From Acidaminococcales bacterium (GTDB taxonomy: Bacteria; Bacillota; Negativicutes; Acidaminococcales; JAISLQ01), in NCBI GenBank assembly GCA_031552765.1, contig JAVBME010000010.1:3704-67703 (forward strand): a stretch of DNA of 64,000 bases. The letters are read 5' to 3'. The notes under the pieces were generated by a model. The model had not been told where the DNA came from and ran no database searches. It worked only from the letters and a program-made list of their open reading frames with translations. Made by a program: the position numbers and the translations under genes. Of the stretch, positions 37,063 through 46,813 are shown piece by piece; within the stretch, counting starts at the first letter, position 1; each line of letters opens with the position of its first letter.

Positions 37063-38117
37063 CTTCCGCCACCTCCGGACGCCTGTTCAAAATAATCTTC
37101 CAGTCCTTTGACTATGCTGGCGACCATTTTATTTTGGAACCAGTTGCTGTTTAAAAGTTTTTCCTCCCTGGGATGTGAAATAAATGCTATTTCCAGCAAA
37201 GCCGCCGGCATACGGCTGCGTTTTGTCACATAAAATTCCGCCTGGCGCACCCCTTTGTCATCAAGGCCGCAACTTGCGGCAAGTTTTTTTTGTATATTGG
37301 CGGCCAGCATCTGGTCATATTTCGTCTTAGCGTAATAATAACTTGAAAGCCCGCCTACATCACGCTTGGCGCTGGCATTGCAGTGAACGCTGATGAATAT
37401 GTCCGCATTGCACTTATCACCCACATCCACGCGCGCCTGAAGTTCTTCCCTGTCAGTCGCCCCCCGGCTGTGTACATCACAGTCGGTCGTTCGCGTCATC
37501 ACTACTTTAGCGCCTTTTTTTACCAGCTCGTCCCGCAGTTTTAAGCTTATAGCCAAAGTAACGTCTTTTTCCCTGGTCTTATTAAGGCCGATAGCCCCGG
37601 GGTCGCTTCCGCCGTGGCCCGGGTCGAGCGCTATCGTCTTTCCTTTAAGGCTGGGCGTTATTTTATAAGTCTGGGGCATTTTTTCAAAGACATCTATAAC
37701 TACACGGTCAGGCTTTTTGTTAGGCGGGTCTTTTCTTAGGGTAAAAACATTATACGCTTCCTTGCTGAGCGGCCCGGACAGGTACACTATCAGCTGCGTG
37801 CTGTCATAAGGCCCTCTTTTGCCCTCCACCCGCTTTATCTTGTCACTTTTTATCGGCAGGACGCCCAGGTTTTTACCAGGCACAGCGCCCTTGACGTCTA
37901 CTATGATGCGCGGCCCGCCGCTTTCTTCATATTTGTAGCTTATTTTAACCGGATCCGTGGCATCTGCAACAATACGCACAACCCTGGAACCATCGGCATT
38001 ATTCGTCTGGACAGACCAGCGTATACTTGTGAGCTCCGCTGCGGCGGCCGCTTCAGTAGCATTGACAAAAAAAGCGGCTATCATCATCACCAAAAAACAT
38101 ATTGTACGTACGCGCAA
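37059..38117 (-). CDS. N-acetylmuramoyl-L-alanine amidase (Amidase_3) with N-terminal AMIN domain
   Basis: N-terminal AMIN-like segment (LTSIRWSV...RIVADATDPVKISYK). C-terminal IALDPGHGGSDPGA, ISVHCNA and LLEIAFISHP motifs. TTG start with a GGAGGTG RBS. Confidence 0.85.
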   Translation of the reverse strand: MRVRTICFLVMMIAAFFVNATEAAAAAELTSIRWSVQTNNADGSRVVRIVADATDPVKISYKYEESGGPRIIVDVKGAVPGKNLGVLPIKSDKIKRVEGKRGPYDSTQLIVYLSGPLSKEAYNVFTLRKDPPNKKPDRVVIDVFEKMPQTYKITPSLKGKTIALDPGHGGSDPGAIGLNKTREKDVTLAISLKLRDELVKKGAKVVMTRTTDCDVHSRGATDREELQARVDVGDKCNADIFISVHCNASAKRDVGGLSSYYYAKTKYDQMLAANIQKKLAASCGLDDKGVRQAEFYVTKRSRMPAALLEIAFISHPREEKLLNSNWFQNKMVASIVKGLEDYFEQASGGGGR

Positions 38118-38212
38118 ACGCTCACCTCCATCCGCGCCGCGAATGCATTCTCCGCGGCCCTTTCCCTTCTTTAGGTGATTTTACCATTATGGCACACTTA
38201 TTTTCAAGTAAT

Positions 38213-38446
38213 TCATCCGCTTTTTTCCATAAGTTCTTTTAAAAGGGCCGCCGCTTCCTGTCGCGCGCATTCGGTCGCTGCTGGATCTAGCTCAAAAGAT
38301 ACCCAGAGTACGTCGCCTTCTTTCACTTCACGCGGCAAAAGGTTCACCGGGCAAATAATGCCGTCCCGTATATTGCTGCTAGTCAGCAATACGGCCTTAT
38401 CGCCCTCTATCCGGTCCACTACGGCTTCTATCTTCACGCAGATCAC
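38213..38446 (-). CDS. DUF3006-like small protein
   Basis: 77 aa. AVVDRIEGDKAVLL....P..LLP.EVKEGDVL pattern. 4-nt overlap with the upstream MBL gene, a common pairing. Confidence 0.6.
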   Translation of the reverse strand: MICVKIEAVVDRIEGDKAVLLTSSNIRDGIICPVNLLPREVKEGDVLWVSFELDPAATECARQEAAALLKELMEKSG

Positions 38447-39339
38447 TTCTCCTTCGTTATATTGTAGCTTTTCCCGTCCGACTTTATTGTTATCGCGCCG
38501 TCCCTTGAAGTAACGTACATCTTAGCGCCCTCTTTGCGGTAGCGCTCCACGACGTGTTCCTCCGGGAAATTATAATTATTGCCTATACCGCAGCTTACCA
38601 CCACATCTTTTGCCCCCACGGCCTTTATAAAAGCCGTAGTGGAGGAAGTCCCGCTGGCATGGTGCGGAACTTTGAGCACATCGCTTTTAAGCTTGGCTTT
38701 GTCTTTTGCCAGCAGCACTTTTTCCGCCTCTTTTTGTATGTCGCCGGTCAGCAGCATGCTAAAATCGCCTTTTACCAACTTTAGCACAACGCTATTGTTG
38801 TTCAGGTCGCTTGACGTGCCTTCAATAAAAGGCTTTTGCGGCCACAGGACTTCGAGATAGGCCCCGCCGTCCAGTTGGAACTTGTCGCCCGGTTTTACCG
38901 CGGTAAAGGGTATTTTCTTTTCCTTTACCGTTTTCAGATATTCCAAAAACATCTTACTGGTATGCACCTGGCCGCCATCCAGTACCCTTTTCACCGGGAA
39001 GTTTTTCAGCACCGCATCCATCCCGCCGATATGGTCGCCATGCGGGTGGGTACCCACCAAAAGCGCCAATTCTTTTACCCCTTCCGCTTTCAGGTAGCGT
39101 ACCAGGTTCTCTTTTTCCGGCGGTATGCCGCTGTCCACCAGCACCGCATCCTTGCCGCTTTTTATCAATATGGAATCGCCCTGGCCGATATAAAATACTT
39201 TAACGGTCAAATCCGGGTCTACCGGCATCTCCGGGGCAGGAGCGGGCCAAAAGGTTTTCCAGAGATAAAAAACCGCCAGTACTATAAGCGTCAGCAGGCT
39301 GTATTTTTTATTTTTCACTTGAAAAGCATTCTTTTTCAT
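38443..39339 (-). CDS. Membrane-anchored MBL-fold metallo-hydrolase (ComEC C-terminal domain-like)
   Basis: N-terminal TM, HPHGDHIGG metal motif, and VPHHAS near the C-terminus. Confidence 0.8.
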   Translation of the reverse strand: MKKNAFQVKNKKYSLLTLIVLAVFYLWKTFWPAPAPEMPVDPDLTVKVFYIGQGDSILIKSGKDAVLVDSGIPPEKENLVRYLKAEGVKELALLVGTHPHGDHIGGMDAVLKNFPVKRVLDGGQVHTSKMFLEYLKTVKEKKIPFTAVKPGDKFQLDGGAYLEVLWPQKPFIEGTSSDLNNNSVVLKLVKGDFSMLLTGDIQKEAEKVLLAKDKAKLKSDVLKVPHHASGTSSTTAFIKAVGAKDVVVSCGIGNNYNFPEEHVVERYRKEGAKMYVTSRDGAITIKSDGKSYNITKEK

Positions 39340-40886
39340 TAATTAGTCAACAACTTTCTGGCCAGCGGCAATGCCGCCGCCACATCGCCGGCCGCCATGC
39401 CGATCATGCCGTTTTCCGCGATAATATCGCCAGCCAGGCCGCACAGATATACAGCCACTACAGCCGCCGCACCCGCATCGAGGCCCTGGGCCAGAAAACC
39501 CGCCACAACACCGGTAAGCACGTCGCCCATACCGGCAGTCGCCATGCCCGGATTGCCGCTGGAATTTATAAAGACTTCACCCGAGGGCAAAGCCACCACA
39601 GTCGGCGCGCCTTTTAAAACCACTACCGCGCCCCACTGCCCGGCAAACCGCCTGGCAATACGCACTACGCCTTCTTTTTTTATCTCATCCACCGCCAGGC
39701 CGGTCAAACGCGCCATCTCACCGATATGCGGCGTCACTACCGCCAGTTTGCGCGTCTTAGCCAGCACTTCCGTACAACCAGACAGTGCATTGAGCCCGTC
39801 CGCATCCACCACTACCGGGCAATCAACAAGCGGCAACAAACGGCATACCGCCTCCACCGTACCGGCAGAGGTCCCCAGCCCTGGACCTGCCGCTAAAGAA
39901 TGGTAAACGCCAAGCTGCCCGGCTATATATTCCATATGCCCGGCCTCCAGCCCATCTTCCGTTTCCGGGCAGCCTTCCACCATCACCTCGGTAAGCTTGG
40001 CCGCCAAAAGTCCGGACACGCTTTGCGGCGTAAACAGCCTCACCAAACCGGCTCCGGCCCGCAAAGCCGCTTCCGAACATAACGCCGCCGCACCGCTGGT
40101 AGACAGCGCACCAGCCAGCACAGCCGTCTTTGCCTCTCCCTTGTGCGCGTCGCGCCGCCGCTGCGGTAAAAGAGCAGTTGCCAATTCCTTGGTTATGACA
40201 GTCTGCTGGATACAGGCGCCAGCCAAAATATTGCGCGGCAAACCGATAGGCGCCACTATAACTTTGCCGGCATAAGCATTGCCGGGCGAAAGCAACAGGC
40301 CAACCTTTGGCAGGCACAAAGCTACTGTCCGGTCAGCATTCACGGCCTCCCCGCCTACTGCCCCGCTATCGCCGTTCACCCCGCTCGGAACATCGATCGA
40401 CAACACTTTTTTCCCGCTGCGGTTGATAAATTTTATAGCTCTGGCCACCCCGGCCTCGGGCGCGCCGCGCAGGCCGGTGCCCAAAAGTCCGTCCACCAGG
40501 AGGTCGGCGTACATGACATGAACCAATGCGCGGTCCCAGTCTGTTTCGTCTTTAACAAACAACAACTGCACGCCCATATTTTTCAAAATATTAAAGTTGA
40601 GCGCCGCGTCCGGTGTAAACTCAGCGGTTTCGCTAAACAGCATCACCCGCACGGCAAAACCGCTATTGGCAAGGTGCCTCGCGGCTACAAAAGCGTCTCC
40701 GCCGTTATTGCCTTTGCCGGCAAATACGCATATTTTTGCGCCTGCTGGGCATTCGCCTAAAAAAGCCATGACTTCCTGGGCCACCGCCCGGCCGGCATTC
40801 TCCATCAGTAAAAGCGCCGGCATACCGGCTTCTTCTACCGCACGGCGGTCTATTTCCCGCATCTCTTGTGTAAAAGCCGCTTTCAT
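39339..40886 (-). CDS. nnr: Bifunctional NAD(P)H-hydrate repair enzyme Nnr (epimerase + ADP-dependent dehydratase)
   Basis: YjeF_N (GKGNNGGDAFVAAR) and carbohydrate-kinase-like C-domain (HKGEAK..., GMATAGMGDVLTG). 515 aa. Confidence 0.9.
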   Translation of the reverse strand: MKAAFTQEMREIDRRAVEEAGMPALLLMENAGRAVAQEVMAFLGECPAGAKICVFAGKGNNGGDAFVAARHLANSGFAVRVMLFSETAEFTPDAALNFNILKNMGVQLLFVKDETDWDRALVHVMYADLLVDGLLGTGLRGAPEAGVARAIKFINRSGKKVLSIDVPSGVNGDSGAVGGEAVNADRTVALCLPKVGLLLSPGNAYAGKVIVAPIGLPRNILAGACIQQTVITKELATALLPQRRRDAHKGEAKTAVLAGALSTSGAAALCSEAALRAGAGLVRLFTPQSVSGLLAAKLTEVMVEGCPETEDGLEAGHMEYIAGQLGVYHSLAAGPGLGTSAGTVEAVCRLLPLVDCPVVVDADGLNALSGCTEVLAKTRKLAVVTPHIGEMARLTGLAVDEIKKEGVVRIARRFAGQWGAVVVLKGAPTVVALPSGEVFINSSGNPGMATAGMGDVLTGVVAGFLAQGLDAGAAAVVAVYLCGLAGDIIAENGMIGMAAGDVAAALPLARKLLTN

Positions 40887-41258
40887 TTAGCCCTCCAGTA
40901 TCACCTGCGCCACAGCCCACTGTGCGCTATGGCTCAAGGAAATATGAATCCTTTTTATATTTTTTTCTTTTTTTATTTCTGCATAAACTCCTGCTAAAAA
41001 GAGATGCGGACAGCCCTCTTCATCATTTCTTACACTGATGTCGGTAAATACGCCCGTACGAAAGCCGCTGCCCAGCGCTTTAACAAAAGCCTCTTTGGCT
41101 GCAAAACGCGCCGCGTACGACGCGTATTTTTGCCTGCCGCGCCCTTCGCAGTAGCATATCTCGTCCGCGGTAAATACCCGTTCGCGGAAAGCACCTGTCT
41201 CAAGGGCTTTCTTGATGCGCGCAACCTCTACTATATCTATGCCTGTACCAATGAGCAC
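40887..41258 (-). CDS. acpS: Holo-[acyl-carrier-protein] synthase
   Basis: MLIGTGIDIVEV, FAAKEA, ISLSHS. 123 aa. Confidence 0.9.
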   Translation of the reverse strand: MLIGTGIDIVEVARIKKALETGAFRERVFTADEICYCEGRGRQKYASYAARFAAKEAFVKALGSGFRTGVFTDISVRNDEEGCPHLFLAGVYAEIKKEKNIKRIHISLSHSAQWAVAQVILEG

Positions 41259-41362
41259 GTTTTACCCCCTGACAGATATTATGTTGGATATTCGGCCATG
41301 CCAGGCGAAAATCCTTTCAAAAATTGTAACATTTCCGTGACATTTAACTTCGGCGCTTGCCC

Positions 41363-42550
41363 TCAGCGGCCGATGAAAAGCTTACCGGGCAACAGCAAAG
41401 CAGTCAACAAGCCTAAAACCGGGCTTAGGCCCAATACGGTCATAACCGCCGGCAGCCCCATACTGTCGGCTATCATGCCCAGTATGGTCGCGCCCAAGCC
41501 GCCCAGCCCTATGCTAAAACCAACAGTAAGCCCAGAGGCCATGCCCACATTGTCCGGCATCATCTCCTGCGCCAGAACCAAAGTAGTGGCAAAAGAAGAC
41601 ACCAGCGTGCCGCCGGCAATAAATACCACTGCAAGGGCGGCCGCGCCGCTGACGTGAGGAACAAGTAAAATAAGCGGCAAACTGACGGACATAGAAGTAA
41701 CTATGACCATCTTCCTGCCCCAGCGGTCGCTCAGGCTAGCGCCGATAAACGTACCCAGCGCGCCGCCCAGGAGAAAGAGCGACACCAGATAGCTGGCGTA
41801 TACCGGATTTTCGCCAAGATAGTTTATATAATAAAGCGGTATATAGGTCTGAAGGCCGGTATGTACAGTCGAACGAAAGAAAATAAACAGCAACAGCACG
41901 CCCAGCATACGCCAGGGAATCCCGGCGCTGGCCGCGCCTTTTTTTTGCGGCAGCTGTTCGGCGGCGGGTGTTACTTTTTTCAGATTGGCCATTATCAAAA
42001 CAGTAGTAAACAGCCCTGGCAAAAGAAAATAACTGGTATTTGACATACCGCCGCCTATCTGAGCCAATAAGAACACCATAAATACCGAACCCAGAGAAAA
42101 ACCCAAGTTGCCCCCGACGGAAAAAGTACCCATGCTTTTGCCCCGGGAAGAATTTTTGCTTATATAATTTATCGACACAGAAGCCTGCGGATGGAAACTT
42201 GCGCTGCCCAAACCGTAAGCGACGACAGCCGCCAGCAGCCAATAGTAAGAAGACGCATGCCCGGTAAGCGATATCCCCAGCGAAGCGAGCAAAATACTGC
42301 CGGGCAACAGCCAAGGCAAATATATTTTATCGGTTATATAGCCAAAAAGCGGCTGGATGATAGACGAAGTAAAATTCTGCACCAGCACGACCACGCCTAT
42401 CTGTGTGTAGGTAAGGCCAAAAGACTCCCTGACAAAAGGTAAAAGTATAGGCAGCGCCCCTTGCCCCAGATCTGTCGTCAAATGGCCTAAGGTCACAAGA
42501 AATAACGGCCAGGTCAAAAAACTCTTTTTATCCTGTGTTTCATTTTGCAT
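41363..42550 (-). CDS. MFS transporter
   Basis: 12-TM profile with a DRWGRK loop motif. Start placed at MQNETQ (42550). Confidence 0.8.
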   Translation of the reverse strand: MQNETQDKKSFLTWPLFLVTLGHLTTDLGQGALPILLPFVRESFGLTYTQIGVVVLVQNFTSSIIQPLFGYITDKIYLPWLLPGSILLASLGISLTGHASSYYWLLAAVVAYGLGSASFHPQASVSINYISKNSSRGKSMGTFSVGGNLGFSLGSVFMVFLLAQIGGGMSNTSYFLLPGLFTTVLIMANLKKVTPAAEQLPQKKGAASAGIPWRMLGVLLLFIFFRSTVHTGLQTYIPLYYINYLGENPVYASYLVSLFLLGGALGTFIGASLSDRWGRKMVIVTSMSVSLPLILLVPHVSGAAALAVVFIAGGTLVSSFATTLVLAQEMMPDNVGMASGLTVGFSIGLGGLGATILGMIADSMGLPAVMTVLGLSPVLGLLTALLLPGKLFIGR

Positions 42551-42835
42551 TTTACCAACAACACCTGCCCCAAACATTACACACAAAGTATATACCTATT
42601 ATAGTACATTTTTTCATAATAATAAAACTCGCTTTGCATTTTTCTCTGTTGCTTTAAGACATAGCAAAAGCATTTATGAAACAAGCTGTACAATTATTTT
42701 TTAGTATTTTATATTTACTATAAAGGAGTTTGTGTTTTTAACGCGAAGTTCTAAATATGTTACACGTAGCATGCGTGGCATAAAATACATCACCCAGACG
42801 TGTCAGTTGTCTCGGTAAAAATTTGGAGGTAGAGA

Positions 42836-44563
42836 ATGTCTTTAAACAACATCAAAATGCGCAGCAAAATTTTTCTCATTATCGGTATTGCCGCAATTAT
42901 CGCTATCACTATCGGCGGGCTCGGAGCATATTACCTCGACAGAACTACCAAAGCTCTTGAAGACCTTTATAACGATTGCCTCTTGCCTGTAGGTTATATC
43001 GGAGACGTAAAAGCAAACATGCAAAAGACAAATGTCGCAACACTATCCATACTACTTGACAACAGCCCGCAAAATATCCAAAAACAGCAAGCGCTTTTAT
43101 CAGGCATTTCTAAAAGTACCAATGAATTGATAGAACGATATAAAAAAGCCAACTCTGGTCCTAAAGAAAAAGAACTTTTCCAAAAATTCCTGCAATCTGT
43201 GGGTGAATACCGCATCGCCCGCGACAAAGGATTTAAAATGCTGGAAAGCACAGATCCAACAGCCAAGGAAGCATTTTTAAAATATAACGAAAAAGAAATC
43301 ACGCCCAGATTCGAAACACTAGGCAACGACCTTGAGGCGCTTGCCAAGCACATAACCTTTGTCGCGCAGCGCGAAAAAAATATATATGTAAATAACGCCA
43401 CAACGGCTTTTATAATGATTACGGCCATTATATTGGTCGGCCTCATAATCCTCATCAGCTTTGGCGTCCTATTAGCCAGGCACATCACAGGAGTACTAAG
43501 GCATGTCACAGATGTCTCCACGCAAATCGCCGACAATGACCTAAGCGCGACACTGCGCGAAGACCTCTCGTACCGCAAAGACGAATTTGGCGATATGGGG
43601 CGTGCACTCAACAGCATGCAGAAAAATTTGAAGACTATGATCGGAAAACTCAGTTCTATCGCGGAAAACATCGCTGCGTCGAGCCAAGAGCTTACTGCCG
43701 GCGCCGACCAGACTGCAAACGCCTCCGGCCATGTGGCGAAAGCCACGACAAACATCATGCGCCAGACGGAAAAATCTTTAGCGGCGGTAACAGATGCAGC
43801 CAGCATCACCCAGCAAGTAGCCGCATCCCTTGAAGAAGTAGCGGCTACCGCCAGCACCATATCCGGCGCCGCCACAAAAGCCGCCAGCGCCTCCCACGAA
43901 GGCCGCGAAGCCGTGGAGGTAGCTGTCGCCCGCATCAATGAAGTCGGCGAAAGTACACTCGAAGTCTCCGGCGCAATTATCGACCTCAAAGACTCTTCCA
44001 GCCGCATAGGCGAAATAGTAGAAATGATCACAGGGATCGCCGGTCAGACCAACCTCTTGGCCCTCAATGCCGCCATAGAAGCGGCGCGCGCCGGCGAACA
44101 CGGGCGCGGTTTTGCGGTAGTCGCCGAAGAGGTAAGAAAACTGGCCGAAGAGTCCGGCAAAGCGGCGCAGGAAATCGCCGACCTTATCAATAAAAACGGC
44201 CAAAGCATACAAAAAACCGTAGAAATGATGGACAAACAAAAAGAATGCGTGACGCGCGGCGTAAGCACCGTAAATGACGCCGGGCAAGCCTTTAATCAAA
44301 TCGCCCAGCTTGTCGACTCGCTTTCCGGGGAAGTACAGGATATCAGCAAATCTGTCCAGGAAATGGCAGTAGGCAGCCAGCGTACCGTTGATGCAGTAAA
44401 CGATATCGACCGTGGCGCCAGAGAGGTAGCCGGCGAAGTGTCAAACGTGTCAGCCGCGGCCGAACAACAAGCGGCCTCAACCGAAGAGATAGCCGCCAGC
44501 AGCCAAATGCTGGCTAAGATGGCCGAAGACCTTAGAGCCCTCGCCGCGGTATTCAGAATTTAA
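42836..44563 (+). CDS. Methyl-accepting chemotaxis protein (four-helix-bundle type sensor, HAMP, MCP domain)
   Basis: TM - helical ~170-aa ectodomain - TM - HAMP, then the [38 protein letters not shown] core. Confidence 0.9.
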   Translation: MSLNNIKMRSKIFLIIGIAAIIAITIGGLGAYYLDRTTKALEDLYNDCLLPVGYIGDVKANMQKTNVATLSILLDNSPQNIQKQQALLSGISKSTNELIERYKKANSGPKEKELFQKFLQSVGEYRIARDKGFKMLESTDPTAKEAFLKYNEKEITPRFETLGNDLEALAKHITFVAQREKNIYVNNATTAFIMITAIILVGLIILISFGVLLARHITGVLRHVTDVSTQIADNDLSATLREDLSYRKDEFGDMGRALNSMQKNLKTMIGKLSSIAENIAASSQELTAGADQTANASGHVAKATTNIMRQTEKSLAAVTDAASITQQVAASLEEVAATASTISGAATKAASASHEGREAVEVAVARINEVGESTLEVSGAIIDLKDSSSRIGEIVEMITGIAGQTNLLALNAAIEAARAGEHGRGFAVVAEEVRKLAEESGKAAQEIADLINKNGQSIQKTVEMMDKQKECVTRGVSTVNDAGQAFNQIAQLVDSLSGEVQDISKSVQEMAVGSQRTVDAVNDIDRGAREVAGEVSNVSAAAEQQAASTEEIAASSQMLAKMAEDLRALAAVFRI

Positions 44564-44580
44564 AAAGCAATAATGCAACC

Positions 44581-44609
44581 CCGCCTCCGGCTGAGCCGGA
44601 GGCGGGGTT
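44581..44609. terminator. Rho-independent terminator
   Basis: ccccgcctccggc-tga-gccggaggcgggg followed by tttagttt. Confidence 0.75.
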
Positions 44610-44682
44610 TAGTTTATCCTTCTAGTATACATGGCTGTATGAGAATTTTGCTTGTGCAAAATTTTCTACAACCTCTACTTTG

Positions 44683-45366
44683 TTATGAAAGCATCATTTT
44701 TTCCAGTTCGAGAGGCGGTATATATTTACCATCTTTATAAGCGCGCATATTGCCGCCGGATATCTCGTCAATAAGCGCGATATGTTTATCTTCGCCTATG
44801 CGGCCGAATTCAAACTTGATGTCGTAAAGTTCAAGTCCCTTTTTTGCCATTTCATCTTTGACCAGGCGGGCAATTTTTTTCGTGCTGGCTTTTAATATTT
44901 CGTATTCGTCTTCACTCAATATACCCAGCATCGCTAAAGCGTCTTTAGTGATCGGCGGGTCTTCCCGCCCGTCATCTTTCAGCGTTACTTCGACAAAAGC
45001 GTCTAAAACTGCGCCTTCTTTCACATAATCGCCATAACGGCGCAAAAAGCTTCCTACAGCGCGGAAACGGCATACCACTTCGAGCCCTTTGCCAAACAAG
45101 GTCGCCGGCCGTACAGTCATAGTAGCTTTTTCCACATCGGCAGACACAAAATGGGTGGGAATCCCTTGCTGGTTGAGTTTAGTAAAAAAGAACTCCGTAA
45201 GTTTGAGACCTGCCCGCCCGGCGCCTTCAATAGTAAGGCCTATAGTATTCGAACCAGGGTCAAACACGCCGTCCGTCCCTGTCACATCGTCCTTGAACTG
45301 CAAAAGATAGTTGCCGTCGTCAAGAGCATAAACATTCTTGGTTTTACCTGTGTACACAAGTTTCAC
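44683..45366 (-). CDS. purC: Phosphoribosylaminoimidazole-succinocarboxamide synthase (SAICAR synthase)
   Basis: (M)KLVYTGKTKNVY N-terminus and LIDEISGGNMR near the C-terminus. GTG start at 45366 with a GAGGTGG RBS. Confidence 0.9.
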   Translation of the reverse strand: MKLVYTGKTKNVYALDDGNYLLQFKDDVTGTDGVFDPGSNTIGLTIEGAGRAGLKLTEFFFTKLNQQGIPTHFVSADVEKATMTVRPATLFGKGLEVVCRFRAVGSFLRRYGDYVKEGAVLDAFVEVTLKDDGREDPPITKDALAMLGILSEDEYEILKASTKKIARLVKDEMAKKGLELYDIKFEFGRIGEDKHIALIDEISGGNMRAYKDGKYIPPLELEKMMLS

Positions 45367-45434
45367 AAAACCACCTCGTTTTTTCAAAATACAATTTATT
45401 ATATAACCAAATATCTTATAACGCAAATCTTCTC

Positions 45435-46028
45435 TTACATAAGCAATAAACCGGCAATACCGGTAATGATGATGATGTTTATCGGCCCGACGGCAAACTT
45501 ATGGTGCAAAACAAACGCCGTAATACCGATCATGATGCCCACCGGATTCAAACTGCCCATTATCGCGGCGACACCTGCGGTTTGATTTATTGCCGCGCCT
45601 GTTTTAAGAAAAGCCAGCTTGCCGAAAAAAATCACCGCCGCCAGCATAAAACCTATCACCGCCGGACGAATGCCGCCCATCACCCATTTCAGAGCGTTGC
45701 TGTCGCTTAATTTCTTCAAAGTCCCTGCCACCACGAGCATTATGATAAAGGAAGGCAACGATACGCCGAGAGTAGCGACAAAAGAACCACAGAGAGAAAA
45801 CAGCGGGCTACTGTCGCAAACTTTTGCTCCCACATAAGTAGCGGTGTTTACAGCTATCGGCCCCGGCGTCATCTGGGAAATCGTAACGACGCGCGCGTAT
45901 TCGGCCGCAGTTAGCCAGCCTTTTACCGTAACTTCTTTTTGGATTATGGAAACCATGGCATAGCCGCCGCCAAACGATACCAAGCCTATCTTGAAAAAAG
46001 AAAAAAACAGCTCAAATAATATCCCCAT
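45435..46028 (-). CDS. chrA: Chromate transporter family protein (short-chain CHR, second half)
   Basis: 197 aa. FKIGLVSFGGGYAM motif. Paired with the upstream half-size paralog. Confidence 0.8.
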   Translation of the reverse strand: MGILFELFFSFFKIGLVSFGGGYAMVSIIQKEVTVKGWLTAAEYARVVTISQMTPGPIAVNTATYVGAKVCDSSPLFSLCGSFVATLGVSLPSFIIMLVVAGTLKKLSDSNALKWVMGGIRPAVIGFMLAAVIFFGKLAFLKTGAAINQTAGVAAIMGSLNPVGIMIGITAFVLHHKFAVGPINIIIITGIAGLLLM

Positions 46029-46029
46029 A

Positions 46030-46593
46030 TTAACTTACCCGGGCTTTTTGCCGATAATATAAGTATCCCAGCGTTGCCGCTATAGCAACCAGGACTGCGA
46101 TATCTACAGCCAAAAGCAGCATCGCGGCAAACCCAGCCGCGGCAAGGATGCGGCCAAAGTTATCTACTACAGCGGTCTTGGCCATCTTTATCGTGGCCGC
46201 CAGAATGAGAGCCGTTATTCCCCCGTTTATGCCGCTGAAGACTTTCGCTACGTAAAAGTTATCGCCCATCGCATCGGTAAATAAAGACGCGATGACGAAA
46301 ATAACAATGAAAGACGGCGCCACAGTACCCAGCGTAGCGATAAACGCCCCGGTAAAGCCGCCCAGCTTATAGCCGATCATAGTGGCGGCATTTATGGCTA
46401 TCGCCCCCGGCATGGACTGGGAAAGGGCAAATATGTCCGTAATGTCTTTATCTTCTATCCAATGGTACTTGTCGATGAATTCGTTCCTCATAATAGGTAT
46501 CATAGCCAACCCGCCGCCAATGGTGAACAGACCTATGCGGAAAAAAGAAGCGAAAATTTTGAACATGCTGGCCGTTGTCTTCATGAAACTCAC
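46030..46593 (-). CDS. chrA: Chromate transporter family protein (short-chain CHR, first half)
   Basis: 187 aa. FRIGLFTIGGGLAMIP motif. 1-nt gap to its partner. Confidence 0.8.
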   Translation of the reverse strand: MSFMKTTASMFKIFASFFRIGLFTIGGGLAMIPIMRNEFIDKYHWIEDKDITDIFALSQSMPGAIAINAATMIGYKLGGFTGAFIATLGTVAPSFIVIFVIASLFTDAMGDNFYVAKVFSGINGGITALILAATIKMAKTAVVDNFGRILAAAGFAAMLLLAVDIAVLVAIAATLGYLYYRQKARVS

Positions 46594-46813
46594 CTCGCTA
46601 TCAATGTTAACGGTTATTTGGCGAAAAAACCAGCAAAATCTTTTTCCTTAATTTTTTTGCATTTTACAAGTTAAATAATGCAATTTTGTCATTAATATTT
46701 TTCATCACTTATTCAGTAAACACAGGATTATTAATATTTATGTCGAATTTAAAGTTTGATAAGCATTGTGTTAAAGAGTAGTATTGTCAAACTATATTGT
46801 TGGAGGACGGAAG

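Noticed and set aside
45435-46593. Split or frameshifted chrA pseudogene
   Set aside because: Two half-size CHR proteins encoded side by side are the normal short-chain chromate-transporter arrangement. Both ORFs are intact and each has its own start.
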